DNA from: a virus
Virus record (IMG/VR): IMGVR_UViG_3300031652_000001
Reading direction: 5' to 3' (one strand)
Length of the DNA: 64,000 nt
Under the pieces are notes generated by a model. The model saw only the letters and a program-made list of their open reading frames with translations. It was not told the origin of the DNA and ran no database searches. The translations under genes were made by a program, and so were the position numbers. Positions 9,786-18,903 of this stretch are shown here, piece by piece; position 1 is the first letter of the stretch, and each line of letters begins with the position of its first letter.

Positions 9786-9803
9786 TATGAAATTGATTTC
9801 ATA
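9786..9803. promoter_or_regulatory. palindromic operator-like site upstream of dinG
   Basis: TATGAAAT-TG-ATTTCATA, perfect 8-bp arms, downstream of a minus-strand TTGACA. Confidence 0.5.
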
Positions 9804-9804
9804 T

Positions 9805-10344
9805 TTACTCCTCCGTGTCAAGCAAATCCTCTCCAAATGTTGGGGCAACCATTTCCAACAACTGACTACCCATACTTGGAGTACACCACATCATCTCATG
9901 CCTCATCCGTATATCCATCAAATCTGAAGCATCATCATGACCAATAATACATTTTCTGCAATAATATCCGTCCCTGAAAAAATCTACTGCCTCTGACGAG
10001 CATCCTACACGTTGACATTTTCCACCTATACAGAGACCTTCTAAATTATCGAATTTCGGATCGTTACAAATACGATCATTTATTAAGTCGACCCCTTCAT
10101 CAGACAGGACATATTTCTTCACCTTTGCCTTTCCAACACACCGCATGAGTCCACGCCTAGAAAGAGCCTTCAGATGAGATCGAACTCTACTGTCTGACTT
10201 TCCATGATGCCCCTTTATTTCCTCAACAGATACAGGGCCACCTTTCTCAACAATTGCATAGAGCATCGAAACCAGAAAATCTTTCTGGATATTAGTCAAC
10301 AATTTCTTTTTTGGTTTTATCTTCGGTATAGGATTGCGCCTCAT
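9805..10344 (-). CDS. winged-HTH plus Zn-finger DNA-binding protein
   Basis: LexA/ArsR-like SDSRVRSHLKALSRRGL; CQRVGC...YYCRKC. Confidence 0.7.
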   Translation of the reverse strand: MRRNPIPKIKPKKKLLTNIQKDFLVSMLYAIVEKGGPVSVEEIKGHHGKSDSRVRSHLKALSRRGLMRCVGKAKVKKYVLSDEGVDLINDRICNDPKFDNLEGLCIGGKCQRVGCSSEAVDFFRDGYYCRKCIIGHDDASDLMDIRMRHEMMWCTPSMGSQLLEMVAPTFGEDLLDTEE

Positions 10345-10371
10345 TATAACACCATGGCGCAAAAATAAGAT

Positions 10372-10917
10372 TTACCGGGTTTTGACCTCGACCCGGGTTG
10401 TCTGTTGAATATCGGCGCCGTTGATCGATTTGACATGCTCTTTGGTAAGTGCGGTCTTGATTGCTGTTTTGTTGGGGGGCCACTTCTGCCACGGTGGAAT
10501 CGGTTTGGGTTCCGTACGGTATTTTTTTGGAATCGCGTCAGCATCCGTTATCACCACCGAGGCCGGGTTCGTCCGTATTGCGAACTTGAAGGACTGAGAC
10601 CTCGCTTTACCATCCTCATACGGCTCCAGCTCCTCTTTCAGGAAGCCGGAAAGCTTCTCTTGGGCCTCTTTCACGCGCTCCATGGCGTTTTTCGCCGTTT
10701 CGGCCATCGCTTTGCATCGCGCAATGAAGACCTCACACTCATTATACAGTACCCCTGCTGCTTCTAGCCTGTCAACGGAATCATGAAGGGCCTTGATTTC
10801 GCGTTTCCGTTCCTCGACACGATCCTCCTCTTGGGAGAGTCGCTGAACAGCCAACTCCGCTTCGTTGACGATCTCGCCAAGATCGCCGAGGTTCACTGCT
10901 TCGTAAATTGTTCCCAT
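10372..10917 (-). CDS. Siphovirus Gp157-family protein
   Basis: Coiled coil followed by RTNPASVVI...IPKKY...PNKTAIKTAL...GA. Confidence 0.8.
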   Translation of the reverse strand: MGTIYEAVNLGDLGEIVNEAELAVQRLSQEEDRVEERKREIKALHDSVDRLEAAGVLYNECEVFIARCKAMAETAKNAMERVKEAQEKLSGFLKEELEPYEDGKARSQSFKFAIRTNPASVVITDADAIPKKYRTEPKPIPPWQKWPPNKTAIKTALTKEHVKSINGADIQQTTRVEVKTR

Positions 10918-10950
10918 CTTCTGTTTTCCTCCGAAAAAAAGTTTTCTTGT

Positions 10951-11008
10951 CTTCTGGTATCTCGCCAGGGCCTAAATAAGAGTATAGGCAAACAAAATTC
11001 GTTTGCAA
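10951..11008 (-). promoter_or_regulatory. promoter plus leader hairpin element, divergent copy A
   Basis: TTGCAA-N16-TATACT then AGGCC-CTGGC-GAGAT-ACCAG-AAG. Confidence 0.7.
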
Positions 11009-11045
11009 GCTTTTTGCGAACTTAATTTCAGACATAGTGATTTAT

Positions 11046-11846
11046 CTAGAATGAAGATAGTGGGACAAATTTACTTGCAAGATCGTCAAAAACCACAGGA
11101 ATATTGCGACTTAAGAACCCCAAAAGATTCGTCATTATACCCCGTATTTCGTCCTGAGCGTGCTTCGAACACCTCATCTTAAAAACATGCCTCCACTCCC
11201 TAAGATTATATGTTGTCACAACCTCCGTTTTTGCCGCCCCTGGAAGCAGCGTTCTGGCATCCTCTGGCTTTTTCTTCATTCCCACCAACCTAATATACCT
11301 CTCATAATCACTCGTCACACCTTCAGCCCAAATACGGAAAGCCTGTCCATCCGAGGGATCCACATACCGAACGACATCGTCACCGAGCATCGTCTTTCCA
11401 ACCAATAAAATATTGTCACCACGCCAATGAATATCAAAATAAGATATTTCACAATTGTTGAAACCGGTAATAAAAGACTCCCCCCAATCCTCCTCAATGT
11501 CCCACATCTCCATCGGAAGAATAGCCTTCAGAACACCATCAAATTTACCATCAGAATAATCACAGTATCTCTGGGATTCCTGAGTGTATGCCGCAATACG
11601 ATGTCGTACCAGCTGATGGCTACATGTCCTGTCACACACAATCAGGACTGTCACAACCCGGTGCTCCAGAACAGACTCATGTCCCCAATTCAGCAGCTTC
11701 GATACAAACTGCTCTGCATCTCCAGTCTCTGATAGATGACTTTTTTTACCAGCTCGCTCAATCATCCTCAGAGACCGGTCCAACTCATCTTTCGGTGTCC
11801 AGACCTCAAAGCTTGGCCTGATAATCCTTATTACGTTCTCCATCAT
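11046..11846 (-). CDS. thyX: FAD-dependent thymidylate synthase
   Basis: GHESVLEH, RHRIAAYTQESQRY, PEDARTLLP, NLREWRH, AQDEIR. Confidence 0.95.
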   Translation of the reverse strand: MMENVIRIIRPSFEVWTPKDELDRSLRMIERAGKKSHLSETGDAEQFVSKLLNWGHESVLEHRVVTVLIVCDRTCSHQLVRHRIAAYTQESQRYCDYSDGKFDGVLKAILPMEMWDIEEDWGESFITGFNNCEISYFDIHWRGDNILLVGKTMLGDDVVRYVDPSDGQAFRIWAEGVTSDYERYIRLVGMKKKPEDARTLLPGAAKTEVVTTYNLREWRHVFKMRCSKHAQDEIRGIMTNLLGFLSRNIPVVFDDLASKFVPLSSF

Positions 11847-12460
11847 TGTCCTCCATAGACTAAAACATGACCCCCTCTGGGATCAACAACGTTTCCAAAT
11901 TCTGCCATCCTCTCATAGTACGAAGTATCAAGAACCCCTGATGAGAAAACAGCAAAAACACTCGGAAACGGAGCCGCATCTTTCGCTGCACCATCAAAAT
12001 TGATGCGTCCCCTAACAAAACAAATCAACGACGATCTGCTGAATACCACCTGAAACCACTCAGCATCAGTCCGTGCCGGTATCAGTGATACCAACAACAA
12101 ATCATGAATCAGCGTCTGCTGAAAAGCCCTGTAAACCCAATCGTACAATCCAGGTATATCCTCATTTATATGGTATCCCCTTCGATAACACGTCTTCTTT
12201 TTGCACTTCGAATGAGGAACAATACACTTCTTCTCAGGCTTCCCATAGGGTGGATTCATCCATGCAACTGTCCTACTACCAATAGACCAATCAACCAAAA
12301 AAGCATTTTCTTTTTCGGATATGAACCGATCAACCTTAGTGTTATCAGCATTCGCACAAACATCCAAATTGAAACCAAAGATCTTATCAATAGGATCAAA
12401 AATCTTCTGTGGAGTCCCCCAATCAGAATCCTTTGAACTGTACATTATCTTGGATACCAT
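11843..12460 (-). CDS. phage DNA N6-adenine methyltransferase (Dam family) with Cys-rich insert
   Basis: WGTPQ, F.LDVCA, WMNPPYG, LIPARTD..WF, RGRINF, APFPS. Confidence 0.9.
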   Translation of the reverse strand: MVSKIMYSSKDSDWGTPQKIFDPIDKIFGFNLDVCANADNTKVDRFISEKENAFLVDWSIGSRTVAWMNPPYGKPEKKCIVPHSKCKKKTCYRRGYHINEDIPGLYDWVYRAFQQTLIHDLLLVSLIPARTDAEWFQVVFSRSSLICFVRGRINFDGAAKDAAPFPSVFAVFSSGVLDTSYYERMAEFGNVVDPRGGHVLVYGGQ

Positions 12461-12461
12461 C

Positions 12462-12800
12462 TCAGTCCATTGCTCCTATTTCTACTTCACGATTTGTCAT
12501 CAACAACCACCAATCAACAGTTTCGTCACCAAACCATCGCGTATCAATCCCAACGATTGCCCAATATCCATACAGCTCCTCGACATTGTTTTCTTTATTC
12601 CTATTGAATTGCTCCAAAACACGAACAACGTGTTTTCCCATATTTCTTCTGTTTTCTGGTGCAATAAACCACATGGACTCCATCTTGCGTTCTTTATCTG
12701 GATCTCTCTTAGGTAAGATCGCCTTCTGTGTTTTATACGACCAACATAAAGTAGCCGACTCAACAACCTTACCGTTTTTGCTTATTACCAAAACTACCAT
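12462..12800 (-). CDS. hypothetical protein (start uncertain)
   Basis: Fills the gap between neighbours. Confidence 0.5.
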   Translation of the reverse strand: MVVLVISKNGKVVESATLCWSYKTQKAILPKRDPDKERKMESMWFIAPENRRNMGKHVVRVLEQFNRNKENNVEELYGYWAIVGIDTRWFGDETVDWWLLMTNREVEIGAMD

Positions 12801-13218
12801 TTTTAAAAAGATACTGCTGACACTTCTCACAAACCCTAAAATATTTTGCCTGATCAATATTCAGCAAGGAAACAGGGAAAGACAACTCTCTGTTCTCAGA
12901 AATCCAATTGTAGATAGGATATAAATTATCACCCTGACAACAAACTTCAACCCTTGGTCTTTTTCTTGAATCAAATTTTCCAACTCTTGAAATGATATGA
13001 CGAACATTCCCAGCTCGAAAAGTACTGACCAACGAACGATTGATAGGTCCCCATCCAAGCATCACAGACTTTCCGATGAGGAAACTCTCAATCCAAGCTT
13101 CAAGCCCTTCCTTTAATCCAGAAGGATACCTGAATCGCTTCAAATCACCTACCTTGGAACGCGCCACATCAATTGGCATCTCTTTTTCAACAGGAAACCT
13201 TAAAATTACCCCTGACAT
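12769..13218 (-). CDS. hypothetical protein
   Basis: 149 aa, TGATG coupling, CEKC near C-terminus. Confidence 0.65.
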   Translation of the reverse strand: MSGVILRFPVEKEMPIDVARSKVGDLKRFRYPSGLKEGLEAWIESFLIGKSVMLGWGPINRSLVSTFRAGNVRHIISRVGKFDSRKRPRVEVCCQGDNLYPIYNWISENRELSFPVSLLNIDQAKYFRVCEKCQQYLFKNGSFGNKQKR

Positions 13219-13538
13219 CAGTACTCCGCATTATCCGTTAAATCTTTGTCCTCATCTGGTACCATCCTTCTCATATCAGTGTTTATGAGAGCCGCCCTTG
13301 GGATCCTTACATCCTCATCCATTAAGGACATAAAATCAGTCTGAAATAACTCAATAACCCCACAATCAATAGCGATCTTATAAAGCCACTTATCATTAGC
13401 TTTTCTACGGTTTACTATCCTCCCAATATCTCCTGGCGAAAACGAAATCCATTCATTCGGAATGATTCTTCCATTTTCTTTTTTAGCAACACGACCTTTG
13501 ATACTAATTGATACGTGGTCTCCCACACTAATCATCGA
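13218..13538 (-). CDS. hypothetical protein (SH3/KOW-like beta barrel possible)
   Basis: MISVGDHVSI...GDIGRIV; GAGG RBS. Confidence 0.6.
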   Translation of the reverse strand, partial: SMISVGDHVSISIKGRVAKKENGRIIPNEWISFSPGDIGRIVNRRKANDKWLYKIAIDCGVIELFQTDFMSLMDEDVRIPRAALINTDMRRMVPDEDKDLTDNAEY

Positions 13539-13545
13539 CTTCCTC

Positions 13546-14352
13546 TTAATTGAAATTCTCACCAATCCAAGAAACAATCATACCGGACAAAACATCATTT
13601 ATGTCCAGCCCTCTGTCTCTGCACAACCCTGTCAGTTTGTCGACAGCAGATTCAAGTTCATCAGTCATTGCAATATGAATGTGCCTCTTTCCTCCATAGG
13701 TAAAAACCATAAAACCATGTTTCAAACCACCTTGGTTCTCACCAAGGATCTCAGATAGAACAGACGCCAAACCATCTATCGTTTTTATCTTACTAGCTTT
13801 CTTTTTTAGCTCATTAGCCAAAGAAGATCCTTCTCGTCCTCCAATATTCGTATCTCTCAGAGCATCCTCAACACCCTTGGTGAGTTTCTTCCATGCATCA
13901 GTAGAGGTATATCCAAACAACGTTTGGAGCTGTTCATTACCATATACCTTCGCCATGCGTTCATAAAGGGAGACAAATTTTTCTCGATTCATCTTCCCCT
14001 GAATAACATTCAGCCGAACCATTAATAGGCCACGAAGATCCTCATCCATGTATTGCTCATCCGTCAGGATATTACATGGAATAGTCTCAAACCCCAAAAC
14101 CTTGGCCCCCCTCCAACGATGCTCACCACCAATTATCTGAAACCTATCCCCAGGCGCCGGAGCAATCTGTATCGCAGTAATTATCCCTGTCTCCTCCATC
14201 TCCTCGACAAGACGATCAAATGTATCATCATCCATCTCATTTGGATTATCTGGATTTGGCTCTATCAGGTCGATTGGAACATCAAAAGTTGGAAGCTCTT
14301 GCGAAATCTTCACACCCATTCTCTCAAACTTTTTTATCTCCGACTTTTTCAC
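13546..14352 (-). CDS. ParB/Sulfiredoxin N-terminal-domain protein
   Basis: IEPNPDNPNEM, IIGGEHRWRGAKVLG; GTG start after duplicated GGAGGAG. Confidence 0.85.
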   Translation of the reverse strand: MKKSEIKKFERMGVKISQELPTFDVPIDLIEPNPDNPNEMDDDTFDRLVEEMEETGIITAIQIAPAPGDRFQIIGGEHRWRGAKVLGFETIPCNILTDEQYMDEDLRGLLMVRLNVIQGKMNREKFVSLYERMAKVYGNEQLQTLFGYTSTDAWKKLTKGVEDALRDTNIGGREGSSLANELKKKASKIKTIDGLASVLSEILGENQGGLKHGFMVFTYGGKRHIHIAMTDELESAVDKLTGLCRDRGLDINDVLSGMIVSWIGENFN

Positions 14353-14356
14353 ACAA

Positions 14357-14388
14357 CTCCTCCGTATCTGAGCTCCTCCGTATCTGAG
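14357..14388. repeat. 16-bp tandem duplication containing the RBS
   Basis: CTCCTCCGTATCTGAG x2. Confidence 0.85.
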
Positions 14389-14432
14389 CTTAACAGCCAG
14401 GCAAAGAAGATACAAATTACAACCAAAACTAA

Positions 14433-15284
14433 CTATGGACGAATGATAAGTCTTTCTTTGTCCATCAGATAATCCCAGAACATACGAGCAATAGATTCAG
14501 CCTCTTGAGGTGGCTTATCATCTGGAGTTGGCCAATTAAAATCCAGGAAATCTCTGATGCATGCAGCACGCTGCTCAAGCTGCCTCTCTTCGAGTGGACG
14601 AATATCCTGTTGCTTACCTTTCTTGGCCTTCTTCTTGCGAGTGTAAGAACGTCTAGCGCTCCTTGTGGTGACCTTGCTTTTGCCATTCTTAGCAGAAACA
14701 TCCTTGGCCTCAGAAAGAGCCTCGCTCTGTTCCTCCTTCGGGAGAGAGGTAAGCGTCCTGGCAGCCGCCATACCAATCTCACCCTTATCCATTGCCTCAA
14801 CGAGATCAGGATGGGCTTTCAGAAGAGCAAGATGCTGACTCACCCAAGCCTGACTCTTGGAAACACGAACAGCCAATTCTGACTGCTTCGTAATACCAAG
14901 AGTTGTTCGCATCTTATCGAGAGCCCTCGCAATATCAATCGGAGGCAAGTCTTTTCGATGAACATTCTCAATAAGTGCAATCACCTGTTCCTGGTCAGTT
15001 TTGCCTTTTACACTCTTGGTATCAACTTGTCGCATCCCAAGATATTGACAAGCCTTAAACCTTCGGTTTCCAGCAATCAGCCGATACCTATTACCCCCAC
15101 CGAGATCCTTCACAGTGATCGGATTTATGAGTCCATCCAATCTTATGGACTCCGCAAGCGCCATCACTTCCTCAGCATATTCCGTCGGAAATCCGGAAAG
15201 AGGTGTCCCAATGAAATCATCTACCCCATCAACTTGTCGTGGGTTTTCCATGACAGTGATCTTTGACATTGCAACCAACGTCAT
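14433..15284 (-). CDS. parB: ParB/Spo0J-family partition protein with HTH
   Basis: NPR, LAESIRLDGLINPI, LIAGNRRFKA, LIENVHRKDL, QSELA.RVSKSQAWVSQHLALL. Confidence 0.9.
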   Translation of the reverse strand: MTLVAMSKITVMENPRQVDGVDDFIGTPLSGFPTEYAEEVMALAESIRLDGLINPITVKDLGGGNRYRLIAGNRRFKACQYLGMRQVDTKSVKGKTDQEQVIALIENVHRKDLPPIDIARALDKMRTTLGITKQSELAVRVSKSQAWVSQHLALLKAHPDLVEAMDKGEIGMAAARTLTSLPKEEQSEALSEAKDVSAKNGKSKVTTRSARRSYTRKKKAKKGKQQDIRPLEERQLEQRAACIRDFLDFNWPTPDDKPPQEAESIARMFWDYLMDKERLIIRP

Positions 15285-15311
15285 CCTTATACCTCCTGGA
15301 GATCTTCTCTC

Positions 15312-16199
15312 CTATTTTTTGGCCTCCCCTAAAGACCCTTCCGTTGTCTCGTTAGAAGTAGCCGATACTTTTTCGAGAAGCTTCTTCCCCAACAGGACTT
15401 TCTTCGTATCGGGATCAATGACGATCAGCTCGACACCATACGTTGCCGCAATTCTCCGCAGCATCTTATTCCTGTTCTTCTCCTTGCCCTCATCCTTCGA
15501 CATATTGTCAGAAACAAAGGTCTGACAGATCAAAGAAAGAAGATGACCACGCTTCTTTGAATCAGCAATTCCACCGGCAATCTCAAAAGCCTGGTCAACA
15601 ATTTCCTGCTGACCTTCCGCCAACTTCGTGGTGAAAGTCTTCATACTCTGAACATTGTCGGGATCGCCACCGTTCTTCCTGACAAGAGCCTTTTTCGTCT
15701 CAGCCTCCAGCTCAGAACTTGATAGTTTTCTTGCCAGCTCGAACCATTCCTTATAGTCCTTCGGTGTGCAAATATCGACAAGACACCTTGCCTTCGTCCA
15801 GCCCAGCTCCTTCACTGCCTCAATCATCTCCTCGCGTTCCTGATCATCTGCAATTTTCTCACCAAGCTTTTTGGTGAAGAAAACATACATCGCGCAAAGA
15901 TACTGAGCCGTTCTGACGTTCAGATGAACTTCACCAGAAACGTACTTCTCCCAGGATGGATACCCCCACTGAACATAAAGCGTTTTGTCATTCACCTTGT
16001 TCAGCTCTCCAGCCAATTCCCACCTCGACCTATCGATGGATGACTGAAGTTCTACAATCTTCTTTCTGAGTTTCCCATGGACCTTATCCTTCTCTATTGG
16101 GATAATCTGTACTCCAAGATCAGGACCACCATCAACAACCGTCAGATTGCCCTTCCTGTCCTTATTCTTCCTCTTATCACTGTTGTCTTTGTCCGGCAT
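15312..16199 (-). CDS. putative DNA-binding protein (DUF3102-like helical domain)
   Basis: WELAGEL...LY..WGY.SWEKYV..E.....RTAQYL; start at MPDKD with AAGGAG RBS. Confidence 0.65.
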   Translation of the reverse strand: MPDKDNSDKRKNKDRKGNLTVVDGGPDLGVQIIPIEKDKVHGKLRKKIVELQSSIDRSRWELAGELNKVNDKTLYVQWGYPSWEKYVSGEVHLNVRTAQYLCAMYVFFTKKLGEKIADDQEREEMIEAVKELGWTKARCLVDICTPKDYKEWFELARKLSSSELEAETKKALVRKNGGDPDNVQSMKTFTTKLAEGQQEIVDQAFEIAGGIADSKKRGHLLSLICQTFVSDNMSKDEGKEKNRNKMLRRIAATYGVELIVIDPDTKKVLLGKKLLEKVSATSNETTEGSLGEAKK

Positions 16200-16560
16200 T
16201 TCTTGCTCCTTCAGACTGTCGAATGACAATGTCCTGACACCGTACCTCTATCAGAACATCATCCTTCCCTTTCCTATTCATTAGCTCACCACCGATAACA
16301 ACGAAATCGCCGATACCGAGGTTACGTTTACGACAAACTATGACGTTACCGCCATACACATTGATCCGCAGATACAGCGTCGGCTTATAAGCCTGATTCA
16401 CTGCGATTCTGAAACTACATGCCTCATCGCCATTTCTGGTTCTGCTGTAGATTACATCTGTTATCACATCTCCAGACCCGTCCCACGAGTTGGTTCCTCT
16501 GCTCACGTCTTCACTCCCATCTACCCCGGACAATCTTGACAACTCATCCTCCAAAATCAA
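16177..16560 (-). CDS. ssb: bacterial-type single-stranded DNA-binding protein (OB fold, no acidic tail)
   Basis: N....G.V...TRNG...CSFRIAVN...INVYG...GDFVVIGGEL. Confidence 0.7.
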   Translation of the reverse strand: MILEDELSRLSGVDGSEDVSRGTNSWDGSGDVITDVIYSRTRNGDEACSFRIAVNQAYKPTLYLRINVYGGNVIVCRKRNLGIGDFVVIGGELMNRKGKDDVLIEVRCQDIVIRQSEGARNAGQRQQ

Positions 16561-17111
16561 CTCAAGAAAACACTCTCAATCTCATTGACCTCACAATAAA
16601 GCGCATATCCCGTCACAAAAGCATCCATCTCATCCAGATTGTCAAAGTTAAATCCAAACGTCTTTAGAATAACCTTGACCTGTTCCTTTGCTCCTCCTCG
16701 CTTCAAAGGACCAACCACCATTTTCCTGGCAGAATTCGGCTGTATGACCACTGGAGCAGTCCTACACGACAACATAATCTGAGATTTAACAATACCCCCA
16801 AGCTCAGCGAGTTTTGTTACCGATGCAGATGCCTCATGTTTATTTTTTCCGGCAAACGAATACGCATACCCCTCGATAGACACATTTCTTGCTTCATGCC
16901 CCTTCAAAAACCCAACTATCCTGTTCGCAATATCAAGAGACCGCCTGATCTCTTCAAAGGCTTTGACCTGTGCCTTCCCATACGTAGGAGCTGTTTTTAC
17001 AGTACCAAAAGAAGACAGAAATAAAGTATCGAAATGACCATTCCATCCCGGTGGGACATAACACATCCCCGTATTCCTAAGGGACAAATCTAGCCCGGCA
17101 GCACCATCCAC
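16557..17111 (-). CDS. ruvC: RuvC-like Holliday junction resolvase
   Basis: GLDLSLRNTG, IEGYAY, LAELGGIVK, P...RK, DEMDA. Confidence 0.85.
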   Translation of the reverse strand: MDGAAGLDLSLRNTGMCYVPPGWNGHFDTLFLSSFGTVKTAPTYGKAQVKAFEEIRRSLDIANRIVGFLKGHEARNVSIEGYAYSFAGKNKHEASASVTKLAELGGIVKSQIMLSCRTAPVVIQPNSARKMVVGPLKRGGAKEQVKVILKTFGFNFDNLDEMDAFVTGYALYCEVNEIESVFLS

Positions 17112-17123
17112 TTTTCACCATCC

Positions 17124-17462
17124 TCAGAGGATTTTCGCGTCAATCTGGTCCTCTGACACAAGTTTCATCTTACACACATGAGAATACTGATATTCAAATT
17201 CTTTCCCCATGTACACACTTATCACAACACGGTCTCCAGGAGACACTGATATAACCTTCTTACCAACACCCAAAACCGTAGCAAACCTGAAATTGAAATT
17301 CTTTGCATTTTTAGCAAGCAGAATTACGCCAGCCTCCGTTGTCGTCTCCTGAACAATCTCGTCAAAAATAAGCATCACCCCCCTCGGTAGTGCCGGTCGA
17401 ACAGAACCAAAATCCTCTCTTATCTTCGCCATAATATCAGGTCTGTATTTGAAACAATCCAT
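17124..17462 (-). CDS. groES: GroES-like co-chaperonin
   Basis: ETTTEAGVILL mobile loop, ATVLGVG, VSPGDRV, EDQIDAKI. Confidence 0.8.
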   Translation of the reverse strand: MDCFKYRPDIMAKIREDFGSVRPALPRGVMLIFDEIVQETTTEAGVILLAKNAKNFNFRFATVLGVGKKVISVSPGDRVVISVYMGKEFEYQYSHVCKMKLVSEDQIDAKIL

Positions 17463-17474
17463 CAGTTCTCCATC

Positions 17475-18371
17475 CTAACCAAAACAAATGTCAGCGAGCT
17501 GACAGTCCTTAGCCCGAGGGCAAACTCTACTGGCACACACTCTCTCAGGGAGAGATCCCCCAGCTAGTCCATCTTGCAATTTTTCCATCGGCTGTGCAAC
17601 AAGTTTCATAAATAGATCACGGTCATACTCCACTTCGAAATCCCTTAAAAAAGAGGGAGAGTCACCCCATGGTGACTTGTTCAAATACCAGAGAGCACCA
17701 TGCTTGTCCTCTGACATATGCATGTACGATAGAACTTGCACCTTATGTAGTGACTCCACAGACCTTCTAGAAGGGAAACTATTTGCAGATTGACTCTTTA
17801 AGTCACCGAGAACTCTAGGCTTTCCAAGTACAACATTCCATCCATCAGGGTGACCATGAATAAAGTGTCGTTCATCAGCAATATACCACTCCTTGAACGT
17901 TCCATAAACATCTTCTTTATCATCAAACGTTACAAAAGGTGCACCACAACCACCACATTTTACAGGCATTTTCGACAAAACACCTGGAGTTTTTCCTAAA
18001 ACTGGAGGCTCAGACCAACCAGCCTCATCAGTGTCCCAACCACAATGAAGACACTTCCAGGCCCCTTGCCACTCACCCATCGGACCAAAATATAAGTCCC
18101 TATAAAGATTATGAAAAACATCTCCTATATCGAAGGTGATTTGTAGACCAGGTGGAATATGCTCTTCTCTCAAAAAATCATATCTACTGGCAAGCACTTC
18201 CTCTCGAATACAAACATACCCCAGGCTACTCGCCCTGAAGCTGTCACCAGCCTTCATGGGCTCCTTTTTTCGGATAGCCCTAAATCTTTTATTGTACTCA
18301 AAAAGACGTCTACTCGGCTTCAGAAACTTCCTCTCCTGAAGCTTCTCCCTGATCCTCGATAGTTTCATCAT
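17475..18371 (-). CDS. Cas4-like PD-(D/E)XK exonuclease with Fe-S Cys set and Zn-ribbon insert
   Basis: RASSLGYVC, G...H, GHPDG, DLKS, QVLSYM, C-terminal Cys cluster; CLHC/CGGC insert. Confidence 0.8.
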   Translation of the reverse strand: MMKLSRIREKLQERKFLKPSRRLFEYNKRFRAIRKKEPMKAGDSFRASSLGYVCIREEVLASRYDFLREEHIPPGLQITFDIGDVFHNLYRDLYFGPMGEWQGAWKCLHCGWDTDEAGWSEPPVLGKTPGVLSKMPVKCGGCGAPFVTFDDKEDVYGTFKEWYIADERHFIHGHPDGWNVVLGKPRVLGDLKSQSANSFPSRRSVESLHKVQVLSYMHMSEDKHGALWYLNKSPWGDSPSFLRDFEVEYDRDLFMKLVAQPMEKLQDGLAGGSLPERVCASRVCPRAKDCQLADICFG

Positions 18372-18903
18372 TGCCCTCTATACCATCTACACCATCTTCA
18401 TCTTCCACATCATCTTCTACCATCGACACAACCGGCTCCTCCTCGGACAGAGGATAACGGGTTTTGAGCCACCTTGCGATATAATCTGGAATGCTTTTCA
18501 TGGTCGGAATCAAAACACTCTTGGTTACGCCAGATGGATCAAACCGAACATGCTGAAACTTCCGTATAAATGCTTCTATTGGGACACCATACTGAAGCCC
18601 AACAGAAATTGCTATAGCAAGAGCATCATACACTCTCCACATCCCACCGGCCTTGCCGATCTTCAAAAAAATCTCACCAGGTCTGCCATCCTCATACAGA
18701 CCAACGGTGACATACCCCTTCAGATCAACCTTTCTCTGGATATAAAGTGGTTCACCAGATGAATTGGTCTGCCCAGTGGCCACATAATCCTCCTCTCCAA
18801 AAGGAAGTACAAATTTATGAGTAATAGCTTCTCTCTCATCCGGAAGCCGTATCCTGTCAGGCTCAACAGGAGACACCCTGGAGCCATTCACTTCCCTATC
18901 CAT
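18310..18903 (-). CDS. stand-alone TSCPD domain (class II ribonucleotide reductase C-terminal domain)
   Basis: ITHKF, GYVTVGLYEDGRPGEIF, AISVGLQYGVP, RFDPSG, SIPDYIARWL. Confidence 0.85.
   Translation of the reverse strand: MDREVNGSRVSPVEPDRIRLPDEREAITHKFVLPFGEEDYVATGQTNSSGEPLYIQRKVDLKGYVTVGLYEDGRPGEIFLKIGKAGGMWRVYDALAIAISVGLQYGVPIEAFIRKFQHVRFDPSGVTKSVLIPTMKSIPDYIARWLKTRYPLSEEEPVVSMVEDDVEDEDGVDGIEGNDETIEDQGEASGEEVSEAE

Noticed and set aside
5187-15284. DNA hypermodification pathway
   Set aside because: ThyX, HAD, ASCH, ParB and Dam are present, but no recognisable base-modifying transferase, queuosine-pathway or PurZ gene.
17475-18371. CRISPR-Cas system (Cas4, CasDinG)
   Set aside because: No cas1/cas2, effector genes or array; a solo Cas4-like nuclease in a recombination operon is common in phages.
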